The position numbers and the translations under genes are program-made. Positions 1 through 8,542 of a stretch of DNA of 64,000 bases are shown here, one piece after another. Position 1 is the stretch's first letter. The number at the start of each line of letters is the position of its first letter. This DNA is from an uncultured delta proteobacterium. Lineage in GTDB: Bacteria; Desulfobacterota; Binatia; Binatales; Binataceae. The notes beneath the pieces were generated by a model. The model had not been told where the DNA came from. It made no database searches and saw nothing but the letters and a program-made list of their open reading frames with translations. The stretch is taken from NCBI GenBank assembly GCA_963811865.1, contig CAWESZ010000001.1, forward strand, positions 66,335 to 130,334, read 5' to 3'.

Positions 1-1042
1 TCAGTTCGGGGGCTGAAGTCCGGCGCGGCTCCAGGCCGTAGGCCGGGGTTCCCGTGCCGGATGGGGGAGGCGCGAAACTGTCGTCCCAGAGCTGGTAGCG
101 CACTCCGATTCGCCGCACGAGGTCCTGCTCGGCCACCAACGCATGCTCGGCATCGAAAGTCGCGGCCGTCTGCCAGTGGCGCAGCAGGTTGCCGTCCTGC
201 GAGAAGAGCCGCTCCTGATCGGAGACATCCGAAACGGATCCCCCGATCGAATCGGGAACTTCCAGCGACCAGAAGGGGTCCTCCAGCAGGACGCTCCGCG
301 TGCGGCCGTCACTGTCCTCGCTGCCCTGAGCCACCAGATGCCAGTGCGTTCCGAGGACGCGTGGATCCTCGTAGCCGATGAAGTCCACGTTGCGATAGCG
401 CTCGCTGCTGAAATAGGCCTCAGCTTGCTTGCCGAATCCGAACAGGTTGCTCTCGCTGATGCCGGCCTCGCCGACGAGATGCCCGCCGCCGATAGTCGAG
501 AAGCCCAGCAGCGGGTCCAGCGTCCACGCATCCTGAGTGAGCACGGTAACCTCGGCGTGCTCCGGGTCGGTCAGGCGCTCGGTGACGGATGCGTCGCGCA
601 GGAACACTAGCGAGCGCAGATTGCGCTCGGTTTCCTTGAGCAGCGACAGCCTGAGCGGCTGGCCCTCCTTGAACAGCAATTCACGCTCGATCACCGGGAG
701 CTGGGTCTTGAAGTGGATCCGGTTGGCCCAGCCCGCGATATCGAGTTCGTGCGGGCCGGTCCACCGCCGCAGCCGCGAGCCGAACGAATACTCATTGAGC
801 GACGTGGAGTCGCCGAGAATTCCCGCGTGCTTCTCCTCGGAGTTGAAGACGTTCTCGCGAACGATCGTAATCCGATCTATGACCGGCGTTGACGACGCGA
901 TCGAAGGCGGTTCTTCGCCGATTTGCGCGCGCGCGATCGCGCAAAGCCTCGGGAGCGGCGCCGCAAGCAGCGCGAAACTCGCGACGGAAAAGATGGCGGC
1001 GCGCCGCAGCGAATGTACCCCGACACGCAGCCCCGCAGCCAT
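1..1042 (-). CDS. Omp85/BamA-TamA-like outer membrane protein with POTRA domain (3' end runs off window)
   Basis: Not in the ORF track because there is no stop in the window. Minus frame from ATG 1042 reads signal peptide, then VIDRITIVRENVF...WANRIHFKTQLPVIERELLFKEGQ...ETERNLRSLVFLRDA...VTVLTQDAWTL...ESNLFGFGK, typical of POTRA plus the start of an Omp85 barrel. Confidence 0.75.
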   Translation of the reverse strand, partial: MAAGLRVGVHSLRRAAIFSVASFALLAAPLPRLCAIARAQIGEEPPSIASSTPVIDRITIVRENVFNSEEKHAGILGDSTSLNEYSFGSRLRRWTGPHELDIAGWANRIHFKTQLPVIERELLFKEGQPLRLSLLKETERNLRSLVFLRDASVTERLTDPEHAEVTVLTQDAWTLDPLLGFSTIGGGHLVGEAGISESNLFGFGKQAEAYFSSERYRNVDFIGYEDPRVLGTHWHLVAQGSEDSDGRTRSVLLEDPFWSLEVPDSIGGSVSDVSDQERLFSQDGNLLRHWQTAATFDAEHALVAEQDLVRRIGVRYQLWDDSFAPPPSGTGTPAYGLEPRRTSAPEL

Positions 1043-1132
1043 GCCCGGATGCTACCACCCGATACAAGCTACGGCGACGTGCTTTCTACCAACTAGAAAC
1101 AACCAGACGTTTCAGACCGGCGGCCTGTTCAG

Positions 1133-1154
1133 GTATATGCCGTACATATACAAT
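1133..1154 (+). promoter_or_regulatory. Inverted repeat GTATATG-N5-CATATAC overlapping a TACAAT -10 box; probable BrnTA autorepression operator
   Basis: Perfect 7-bp arms at 1133-1139 and 1145-1151, just upstream of the brnT ATG (1165). Confidence 0.6.
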
Positions 1155-1164
1155 GGTTGCGCGG

Positions 1165-1467
1165 ATGGAATGGGCGGACAGGTTGGCGGAGTGTGACGGC
1201 TTTGATTGGGACGCCGGCAATGTCACGAAGATTTGGGAGAAGAACCGAGTTGCTGCCGGAGAATGTGAGGAATTGTTCTTCAACCATCCGCTGGTGGTCG
1301 GCAGCGATGAAGGCCATTCCGCGAGCGAGGAGCCTTTCTATGCGCTGGGGCAAACCGACCGGGCGCGGCTTCTGTTCGCCGCCTGCGCGATTCGCGGACG
1401 CCTGATTCGGGTCATCTCAGCCCGGGACATGAGCCGCAAGGAAAGGAGAATCTACCGCTCGACATGA
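1165..1467 (+). CDS. brnT: BrnT family toxin
   Basis: GFDWDAGN...HSASEE..YALG...RIRVISARDMSRKERRIY-type signature; overlaps the antitoxin start (ATGA). Confidence 0.9.
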   Translation: MEWADRLAECDGFDWDAGNVTKIWEKNRVAAGECEELFFNHPLVVGSDEGHSASEEPFYALGQTDRARLLFAACAIRGRLIRVISARDMSRKERRIYRST

Positions 1468-1724
1468 AGAAGCCGGTGCCCAAATTCAGGAACGAGGACG
1501 CCGAGCGGGAATTCTGGGCGGCGCACGACTCCGCCGAGTTCATCGACTGGCGCAAGGGCAAGCGCGTTACGCTGCCGAACCTGCGCCCTTCCTCGCAGAC
1601 AATCTCGCTGCGCCTGCCGCGACCGATGCTCGAGCGGCTCAAGCTGCTGGCCAACAAGCGCGACGTGCCCTACCAGTCGCTGTTGAAGGTGTTCCTCGCG
1701 GAGCGGCTCAAAGTGGAGGATTGA
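1464..1724 (+). CDS. brnA: BrnA/CopG family antitoxin
   Basis: PKFRNEDAEREFW..HDS and C-terminal ribbon-helix-helix ISLRLP...LKLLANKRDVPYQSL. Confidence 0.88.
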   Translation: MKKPVPKFRNEDAEREFWAAHDSAEFIDWRKGKRVTLPNLRPSSQTISLRLPRPMLERLKLLANKRDVPYQSLLKVFLAERLKVED

Positions 1725-1748
1725 GCCCTGCGAACTCAAGAAATGGGA

Positions 1749-2600
1749 CTATTTCCTGAACAACTCTCGTTGGCCGCTCGGGGCGATCCTCTTGATGCCC
1801 TTCCAGATCTTTAATCCAGCGGAGTCGTGAGAGAAGAATAGCAGGTGATACATTGTGGTATTCTGGTCGTTGCGAATCTCGGGATCCGACGTGTCATGAA
1901 AGCACAGCCCGAGCGAGGAGACCCTCTTCCTGAAAGACGAAACCCAGTCCCGGTCTAGTTGCAGCTCCTCGCGGCTGGTGAGCTTTCCCAGAGCGCGCTT
2001 GGCGAGCGGCAGCTCGCGCCAACTCCTGTCGCCCCAAAAGTCGTCCATGGGACTCTGGGACTGCTGAGCGAACCGGGCCAGGTTGCGGCGAATCCCGATT
2101 CCGCTCGGAAAGAGATAGAGAAGGTCGACCCGTCGGCTCGCCAGGAGTCTGAGCGTCTCAAACCTGACCTCCAGGCCTTCGGGATCGACAAAAGCCAGGC
2201 CAAGTGTCTTGGCCGACACCTGATCCACGACCTCCCGGACCGTCAGATTGCAGTCACCGCGGCTGACGCTGGTACGCGACCGATCTTCCGGTGAGATCCG
2301 CTGGTTGAGCGAGGCGATGTTGTCGGGCGTGAGATCGCCCAGAAACAGATGATCGAAGCGCGGGTTAGCGCCCAGAGCGATTAACGGCGAACCTTCGAAT
2401 TCTTCGCCCCTCTCGTCAACGCACACGCCCGGGCCCGCGAGCAGATCGATGTAGACAAGTCGCTCCCATTTCCCTTCTCGCCGTTTGGGCGCCATCGCAG
2501 TCATGAACCCGCCAGCGTACTTGCTCAGGTACGTGAGTTTCTCGCGAGTCCAAGCGCCGCTTGCGCGCGCAGGCAGACCATCCCGCGCGAGCGCACTCAC
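1749..2600 (-). CDS. tcmP: Three-Cys-motif partner protein TcmP (SAM methyltransferase-like fold)
   Basis: WTREKL..L..Y, YIDLLAGPG, GSPLIAL, GDCN, FVDPEG, YHLLFFS motifs; coupled to DUF5131. Confidence 0.85.
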   Translation of the reverse strand: MSALARDGLPARASGAWTREKLTYLSKYAGGFMTAMAPKRREGKWERLVYIDLLAGPGVCVDERGEEFEGSPLIALGANPRFDHLFLGDLTPDNIASLNQRISPEDRSRTSVSRGDCNLTVREVVDQVSAKTLGLAFVDPEGLEVRFETLRLLASRRVDLLYLFPSGIGIRRNLARFAQQSQSPMDDFWGDRSWRELPLAKRALGKLTSREELQLDRDWVSSFRKRVSSLGLCFHDTSDPEIRNDQNTTMYHLLFFSHDSAGLKIWKGIKRIAPSGQRELFRK

Positions 2601-3361
2601 GGAGAACTTACGGCCAATCCGCTGGGATTCACTCGCGGCGAATTCGGGAGTTGGCTCCAGGTCATGCCCTCAAGCTCCCGGCCGTTCGCTTTCGGAGTTC
2701 GGCCACCCCACTGTTTGAAAAAGAACGACACCCCCGCGTGCAGGCACTGATCGCGAATTCGCGTCGCCCATTCCGGAGCCATCGGGCGGTGACCTGAGCC
2801 GCTCTCTCCGCCGACGATCACCCAGTCGATTCCGGAAAGATTCAGCGGCCCGAGGTCCTCGAGCAGGGGTTCGATGGAGAGAAATCTCAGCGCGGCGTTC
2901 GTATGGCGGAGCGTTGCGATGCGCAGCAGGCCATGCTCGCGATCCTCGACGCTCACGCCGAACCAGACGTTGGGGAGCCGGCCAAGCCAGCAGAGCTTCC
3001 TGTTCAGCAATTTCTGCATGCGCTCGTGGCGCTTGGTGAGCACCTGAAACGTGTGCCAGTTCGCTTCCCGCATCACGCGACCGACTTCGGCGACGTACTC
3101 GATCGGGATTTCAGGATGGAAAAGGTCGCTCATCGAGTTGACGAAGATCCGCCGCGGCGCACGCCACTGAAGCGGCAACGTCAACTTTTCAGGAACGAGG
3201 CGAAGATCGAAGCCTTGCTCGAACGGATGACCGGGAACGCCGCGGAACCGTTCGGCGAAGGTTTCGGCGTAGCAATGCTTACAGCCGGGGCTTACCTTCG
3301 TGCATCCCCGGACGGGATTCCAGGTCGCGTCCGTCCACTCGATTTGAGTTCTATCGGCCAA
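2597..3361 (-). CDS. DUF5131 / phage Gp37-Gp68 family radical-SAM-like protein
   Basis: TQIEWTDATWNPVRGCTKVSPGCKHCYA (CX6CXXC), FVNSMSDLFH, SIEPLL, WVIVGGESG, FFFKQWGG; TTG start at 3361 inferred. Confidence 0.9.
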   Translation of the reverse strand: MADRTQIEWTDATWNPVRGCTKVSPGCKHCYAETFAERFRGVPGHPFEQGFDLRLVPEKLTLPLQWRAPRRIFVNSMSDLFHPEIPIEYVAEVGRVMREANWHTFQVLTKRHERMQKLLNRKLCWLGRLPNVWFGVSVEDREHGLLRIATLRHTNAALRFLSIEPLLEDLGPLNLSGIDWVIVGGESGSGHRPMAPEWATRIRDQCLHAGVSFFFKQWGGRTPKANGRELEGMTWSQLPNSPRVNPSGLAVSSP

Positions 3362-3461
3362 AGTCGCCGCGCACCACGAGGCGAATATATAGCGAACATA
3401 TAAACGGAGCAATCAGGCTCATCCCTGAGCCCGCGTGGATTGCGCCCCTTTCAGTTCGCGA

Positions 3462-4601
3462 CTACCCCAGCAGCGACTTGGCGACGCTCTCGCGATGGAT
3501 CGGGGCGTTGCCGAAGTTGGCCTCGCCGGCCAGCGCGCGGCGATGGAACAGATGCATATCGTGCTCCCAGGTGAAGCCGATTCCGCCGTGCACCTGGATC
3601 GCCTCGCTGGTTACATTTTTCGCCATGTCGGAGGCATAAGCTTTGGCCATCGGCACCGCGGTGGCGGCTTCGGCCGCACGCTCTTCGACGGTCCAGCAGG
3701 CGAAGTAGGTGAGCGAGCGCGCGTTCTCCACCGCGACCATCATGTCGACGCACTTGTGTTTGACGGCCTGGAAGGAGCCGATCGGCTTGCCGAACTGCAC
3801 GCGGGTCTTGGCGTACTCGACCGACAGGTCCAGCGCCTTTTGCGCCGTCCCGACCATCTCGGCCGACAGCGCAGCGGTCGCGATATCGAGGGTGCGGCGC
3901 AGGATCGGCCAGCCCTGATTTTCCTTGCCGAGGATGTTATTCGCCGCGACCGTGACGTTGTCGAATTTCACATGGCAGAGCCGCCGCGTCTGATCGACCG
4001 TCTTGAGCTGCGTGATCGTCACGCCCTTGTCCTTGGTGCCCACCAGCACGAGAGTGATTCCGTCTTCGGGCTTGGAGCCCGCGCCGGTGCGCACCGCGAC
4101 GGCCATCCCGTTGGCGACGTGCGCGTCGGGCACGAAGAATTTTTCGCCGCTGATCACGTAGTCGGTGCCGCGCTTGGTGGCCTTGAGCTCGATTCCGCCG
4201 GCATCGAAACGGCCTGCGGCTTCGGCCAGCGCGAGCGTGCCGATAAACTCGCCCTTCGCCATCCGGGGCAGGAGGTTCTTCTTGAGGTCCTCGCTGCCGC
4301 CCTCGATCGTGAGCGGTACGCCGAGCAGCGCAGAGGTGAAGAAGGGGCCCGGAACCAGCGCCTTACCCGCTTCCTCGGCCACGACCGTCATGTCGAGGAA
4401 GGTGCCGCCCTGGCCGCCGTACTGTTCGGGAATCAGCAGCGCGGGCCATCCCAGCCCGACGATTTTCTTCCAGAAGCCGTCGTCGTGAGCGGTATCGTGC
4501 GCCATCATCTTGCGCACGAACGTGGTCGGGCAATTGTCGGCCAGAAAGCGCTTGGCCGCATCCCGCAGCATCTCCTGCTCTTCAGAGAATCCGAAGTCCA
4601 A
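3462..4601 (-). CDS. Acyl-CoA dehydrogenase family protein
   Basis: MDFGFSEEQEMLRD, ISGEKFFV, RVQFGKPIGSFQAVKH, AIQVHGGIGFTWE. Confidence 0.95.
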   Translation of the reverse strand: MDFGFSEEQEMLRDAAKRFLADNCPTTFVRKMMAHDTAHDDGFWKKIVGLGWPALLIPEQYGGQGGTFLDMTVVAEEAGKALVPGPFFTSALLGVPLTIEGGSEDLKKNLLPRMAKGEFIGTLALAEAAGRFDAGGIELKATKRGTDYVISGEKFFVPDAHVANGMAVAVRTGAGSKPEDGITLVLVGTKDKGVTITQLKTVDQTRRLCHVKFDNVTVAANNILGKENQGWPILRRTLDIATAALSAEMVGTAQKALDLSVEYAKTRVQFGKPIGSFQAVKHKCVDMMVAVENARSLTYFACWTVEERAAEAATAVPMAKAYASDMAKNVTSEAIQVHGGIGFTWEHDMHLFHRRALAGEANFGNAPIHRESVAKSLLG

Positions 4602-4776
4602 CTTTAACTTCCTCCCGTATTTTACCGCCGGATGGTCTTCCGCGCCCGGACGCCGATAACCCCCATGCGTCGGCGCTGGAATCCACGGTAGAATCCAGAT
4701 GTTCAGCTATCATTAACGCTTTCGACCGTGCAAGCGCGAACATGGCGCCCTATACTGGAGCGCCGGAGACCCTGAA

Positions 4777-5589
4777 ATGGCAACGGATTCTATCGGCCGC
4801 GAGGCGCGTCATTCCGACCACAAAGCTGTGGTGCGCGAGGAATTCACGCGACAGGCCGAGGCCTACGCAGCGGCAGGCCCGATCAAGGATCCCGAGCGGC
4901 TCAAGCGGCTGGTCGAAGCGGTGAATCCCGCTCCGGACGCGCGCGTGCTCGAGGTCGCGACCGGTCCGGGGCATGTCGCGATGGCGTTCGCGGCGGTATG
5001 CCGCGAAGTGGTCGGGCTCGACCTGACCGCGGCGCCAATCGCGATCGCGAATCGGGCCGGACGCGCGCGGGGTCTGGAAAATGTCCGCTTCGAGGTCGGC
5101 GACGCCGAGCATCTGCCGTTCGCCGCCGGCGAGTTCGATATCGCCCTGTGCCGCTTCGCGTTCCATCATTTCGAGAATCCGGCGATCGTGATCGCCGAGA
5201 TGACCCGCGTGTGCCGCGCCGGCGGCTCGGTTGCGATCGAGGATCTGATCGCGAGCGAGCATCCGGAGCGCGCCGCCTATCACAATCGCTTCGAGCAACT
5301 GCGCGATACCTCGCACACGCGCGCAATGCCGCTAAGCGAGCTGGCCACCATGATGGCGAGCGCGGGACTCGAGATCGTGCAGTTCCATTCAGATCGGATC
5401 GTCAACTCGGCCGAGCTCTGGCTGGAGAACGCGCAGACGCCACCCGATCGCGCGGCCGAGACGCGCGCGATGCTCGAGCAAGACCTGCTTCACGACTTGA
5501 GCGGCACTAATCCGCATCGTAAGGACGGCGCGCTGTATTTCACCCATCGGACGGCGACTTTGATCGGGCGCAAGCTCGCGCGCGGGTAG
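4777..5589 (+). CDS. Class I SAM-dependent methyltransferase (UbiE/Methyltransf_11-like)
   Basis: VLEVATGPG, GDAEHLPF..FD, CRFAFHHF. Confidence 0.9.
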   Translation: MATDSIGREARHSDHKAVVREEFTRQAEAYAAAGPIKDPERLKRLVEAVNPAPDARVLEVATGPGHVAMAFAAVCREVVGLDLTAAPIAIANRAGRARGLENVRFEVGDAEHLPFAAGEFDIALCRFAFHHFENPAIVIAEMTRVCRAGGSVAIEDLIASEHPERAAYHNRFEQLRDTSHTRAMPLSELATMMASAGLEIVQFHSDRIVNSAELWLENAQTPPDRAAETRAMLEQDLLHDLSGTNPHRKDGALYFTHRTATLIGRKLARG

Positions 5590-5613
5590 CCATTCGTTGC
5601 GGAGTGATTTGAT

Positions 5614-6792
5614 TCAGATCTTCTCGGAGACCAGCGCCAGAACGCCCGAATACTGAAGCAGTCCGGTGGCGCCACCGATTGGCCCAATCTCGAAGCCGGT
5701 GAAGCAGCCCGCGAGCGGAAAGCGCCCCAGGTACTGGCTGATATACGCCGAGTCGTGATCGGGAATGCCGTACAGTCCGGCGCCGCGCGAGACGCAATCG
5801 AAGTACAGCCCGAAGGCCGGCGGCTTGGGGTTGCGCGCGCCCAGCTCTTCCAGCGTCGTCTTGAGGTCGCCGCGCGCGCGCTCACCGTCGCGGAGCACCA
5901 GCGCGATCGCGTCGCCGACCTGAGGCCGATGAGCCACGGCCAGCACGCCATGCTCGCGGCTGGCGCCGGTGATATTCCGCACCAGAAAGTGGCCGCGCTC
6001 GATCCGTTCAGCGGCGGGGTCGAGCGGCACCCCGACGAAGACGAACGCCAGCGCGCGGCGCAGGTCTTCGGCCAGCGGACCGGCGGCCTCGGCGAACACC
6101 TCGAAGGCCGGGCGGCCGTCGAGCTCGATCAGGACGTTGTCCCGCGCCGCGGTCACGCGATGCGTCGCGCCGATCGGCGTGCAGGCAAGCGTCGCGCCGA
6201 TATTCAATTCGAAGTCGCCCGCGAGCAGCATCGCCGCGACCGCGTTGGAGCTGACCACGTCGCCGCAGAACTGGAAGGTCTCGCCGATCGAGCCGTCCTC
6301 GCTCGCGCCGCCGCCGACGATCGTAACGGCGGGCAGTTCGCGGGCGAGCGTGGCCAGAAAAGGATCCGGCTCGAAGTTGTAGGTGTCGGGGAACAAGCAG
6401 AGCAGCTTGCTGGCGCCCGGCTGCGCCTTGATCACGGTGGCGAGTTCGGCCGCGGCCTGCGCCGCGCGCCCCCGAATCGGTGCCGAGAACAACCGTTTGG
6501 CGCTGATCGCGCTGCCGCCGAAGACCATCACCGCGACGCCCGGACCCGCTTCGATCTCGCGCCCCAAAGCGATTACGCCCATCGCGCCGCATCCGGCGAT
6601 CTCGCGGGTGCGGGCTTCGCTGGCGACGGTGCGCGTAATCAGGGGAAACGCGGCCCCGTGCGCGCTGGTGGCAAAGCACAGCACGCCCTCGGCGCGCGAC
6701 AAGCCGGCCTCGGCCAGAGCCGCGGCGGTGGCCTCGCTAGCGGCGGTGCGCGGGTTGGTCGCGGTCGAGTGTCCGGCTCCGGCGCGGATCAA
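5614..6792 (-). CDS. FIST N/C domain sensor protein
   Basis: IAGCGAMGVI, VGGGASED, VLIELDGRPA, FLVRNI, YFDCVSRG, GCFTGFEIGP. Confidence 0.88.
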   Translation of the reverse strand: MIRAGAGHSTATNPRTAASEATAAALAEAGLSRAEGVLCFATSAHGAAFPLITRTVASEARTREIAGCGAMGVIALGREIEAGPGVAVMVFGGSAISAKRLFSAPIRGRAAQAAAELATVIKAQPGASKLLCLFPDTYNFEPDPFLATLARELPAVTIVGGGASEDGSIGETFQFCGDVVSSNAVAAMLLAGDFELNIGATLACTPIGATHRVTAARDNVLIELDGRPAFEVFAEAAGPLAEDLRRALAFVFVGVPLDPAAERIERGHFLVRNITGASREHGVLAVAHRPQVGDAIALVLRDGERARGDLKTTLEELGARNPKPPAFGLYFDCVSRGAGLYGIPDHDSAYISQYLGRFPLAGCFTGFEIGPIGGATGLLQYSGVLALVSEKI

Positions 6793-6800
6793 ATTCCCTC

Positions 6801-8264
6801 CTAACGACTGCCGAAGATCTTCAGCAGCTCGACCATCCGCTCGATGCCGCCGTGCAGATGGGCGATCGAGATGCGCTCGTTGCCGGCGTGGATCGTGCGC
6901 GATTCCTCGGGCGTGGACTCGATCGGGATAAACCCGTAGGCCACCAGGTCGCTATCACGAAAGTAGTGACTGTCGGTGAATCCCTCCAGCATCGTGGGCA
7001 CCACTTCGGCGTGATCGCGCTGCGCCGCCAAGGTGCGGATGGCGGTCATCAGCGGCGATTTTTCCGGCGACGAAATCGGTGGGAAATTCAGAATCTCCTG
7101 AATCCGCACGTGGTCGTCGTCGATCAGCTTGCTGAGCGTCTTGATCATCGCCGCCGGCGTGTCCCCCGGCAACAGCCGGCAGTCCAGCTCCGCGGAGGCG
7201 GACGACGGGATCACGTTGGTCTTGTTGCTTGCCGCGAGCACGGTGGGCGTGATCGTGTCGCGCACCCACGCGTTCTGCTCGGGCTGCGCCAGGAACTCGC
7301 GGCTGAACGCCGGGTCATGCAGCGCCGTCCGCAGGTCCATCAGCTCGCGCGGTCCGTGATCGATCTCCGTGGTCACCCGGAAATAATTCTGCACCAGCGG
7401 CAACACCTTGATTGGCGGGCGATACGCGATGATTCGATCCAGCGCCGTCACCAGCCGCGTGACCGCGGTCTGTTCGGGCGGCGACGAAGCGTGACCGGAG
7501 ACGCCCTCCGCGGTCAGCCGCAGCCAGAGCGGAGTTTTTTCCGACACCGAGACCTCGTAGAGCAGGGGCTTGGTCGGCACCGCGCGGATGCTGCCGCCCT
7601 CGTTGAGCAGATAGCCGGCGTCCGAGATCACGTCGGGCTGGTTCGCGACGAGCCATCCGGCGCCCTTCGCGCCGCCGGTTTCCTCGTCCGCAGTGGCCAG
7701 GAACAGCACGTCGCGATCGAGCAGGATCCCGGCGCGCTTGATCGCCAGCATCGCCATCAACTCGATCACGCCAGGGCCCTTGTCGTCCAGCGCGCCGCGC
7801 CCCCAGATCTCGCCGTCCTTGACCAGTCCGGAGAAGGGCGGAACGAGCCAGTCTTTGGGATCGGCGGGCACCACGTCCATATGACTCAGCAGCACGATCG
7901 ACTTGCTATGCTTGCCGATCCCATGCAGGCGCGCGGCGATTACGGCGCGCCCGGGCTGCGGCTTCCAGATGGTCGCGGGAATCCCGTCGGCGAGAAATTT
8001 CTCGCGCAGCATATGGGCCGCTGGCTGTTCGTTGCCGGGCGGATTGGAGGTGTCGATCCTGATGTACCGGCTCAGGAGATCGGTGGCTTCCGCGGTCACC
8101 TGATCGTAATCGATCGCCTTCGAGGCGCCGTGCCCCGGATGCGCCTGCGACGGCGCCGGCGTCGGCTTCGCTTGACCGCCGCGCGCTGGAGCAGCGACCG
8201 CGAACATCGCGGCCGTCACCGCCACAATCGCGATACGCCCGACGACCCCGATGATGCGCCTCAT
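6801..8264 (-). CDS. Secreted M20/M25/M40 metallopeptidase
   Basis: Signal peptide; IDTSNPPGNE, LSHMDVVPA, WGRGALDDKG, ADEETGG, NEGG, IHAGNERI. Confidence 0.92.
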   Translation of the reverse strand: MRRIIGVVGRIAIVAVTAAMFAVAAPARGGQAKPTPAPSQAHPGHGASKAIDYDQVTAEATDLLSRYIRIDTSNPPGNEQPAAHMLREKFLADGIPATIWKPQPGRAVIAARLHGIGKHSKSIVLLSHMDVVPADPKDWLVPPFSGLVKDGEIWGRGALDDKGPGVIELMAMLAIKRAGILLDRDVLFLATADEETGGAKGAGWLVANQPDVISDAGYLLNEGGSIRAVPTKPLLYEVSVSEKTPLWLRLTAEGVSGHASSPPEQTAVTRLVTALDRIIAYRPPIKVLPLVQNYFRVTTEIDHGPRELMDLRTALHDPAFSREFLAQPEQNAWVRDTITPTVLAASNKTNVIPSSASAELDCRLLPGDTPAAMIKTLSKLIDDDHVRIQEILNFPPISSPEKSPLMTAIRTLAAQRDHAEVVPTMLEGFTDSHYFRDSDLVAYGFIPIESTPEESRTIHAGNERISIAHLHGGIERMVELLKIFGSR

Positions 8265-8418
8265 GCCCGACCCTCTATCGTATCGTCGCGGCCATCACAA
8301 ATGTCCGCGATGCGTCCCGAACCGATCTTATCCGCCGGGGCCCGCCGAAACGTGCTATGCGTGACCGCGGCGACGCCGGTTCGCGCAAGCCCTGAAATTT
8401 CCGCCTCCGCGCGCGACG

Positions 8419-8459
8419 CGCGCCGATCGTGGGGCTGATCGCGCAGGAACGGCGCGATC
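8419..8459 (+). repeat. 41-bp orphan copy of nth coding sequence (partner 11097-11137)
   Basis: cgcgccgatcgtggggctgatcgcgcaggaacggcgcgatc versus cgcgccgatcgtcgggctgatcgcgcaagaacgccgcgatc; three mismatches, all synonymous ([13 protein letters not shown]). Confidence 0.75.
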
Positions 8460-8542
8460 GTCAAGCGACCGCGACGAGCCGCTTCGGAATGCTCGCGGAA
8501 CCCGGTTGCGATTTTAACTCCGAGATAGCTATCGTTAACTCT

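Noticed and set aside
537-1196. ORF listed as minus strand, 219 aa
   Set aside because: Its translation matches the plus strand (GTG AGC ACG at 537), so the strand label appears wrong. It is an antisense shadow of the real minus-strand Omp85 gene.
1749-3361. Prophage, because of the Gp37/Gp68 label
   Set aside because: No integrase, structural or replication genes nearby.
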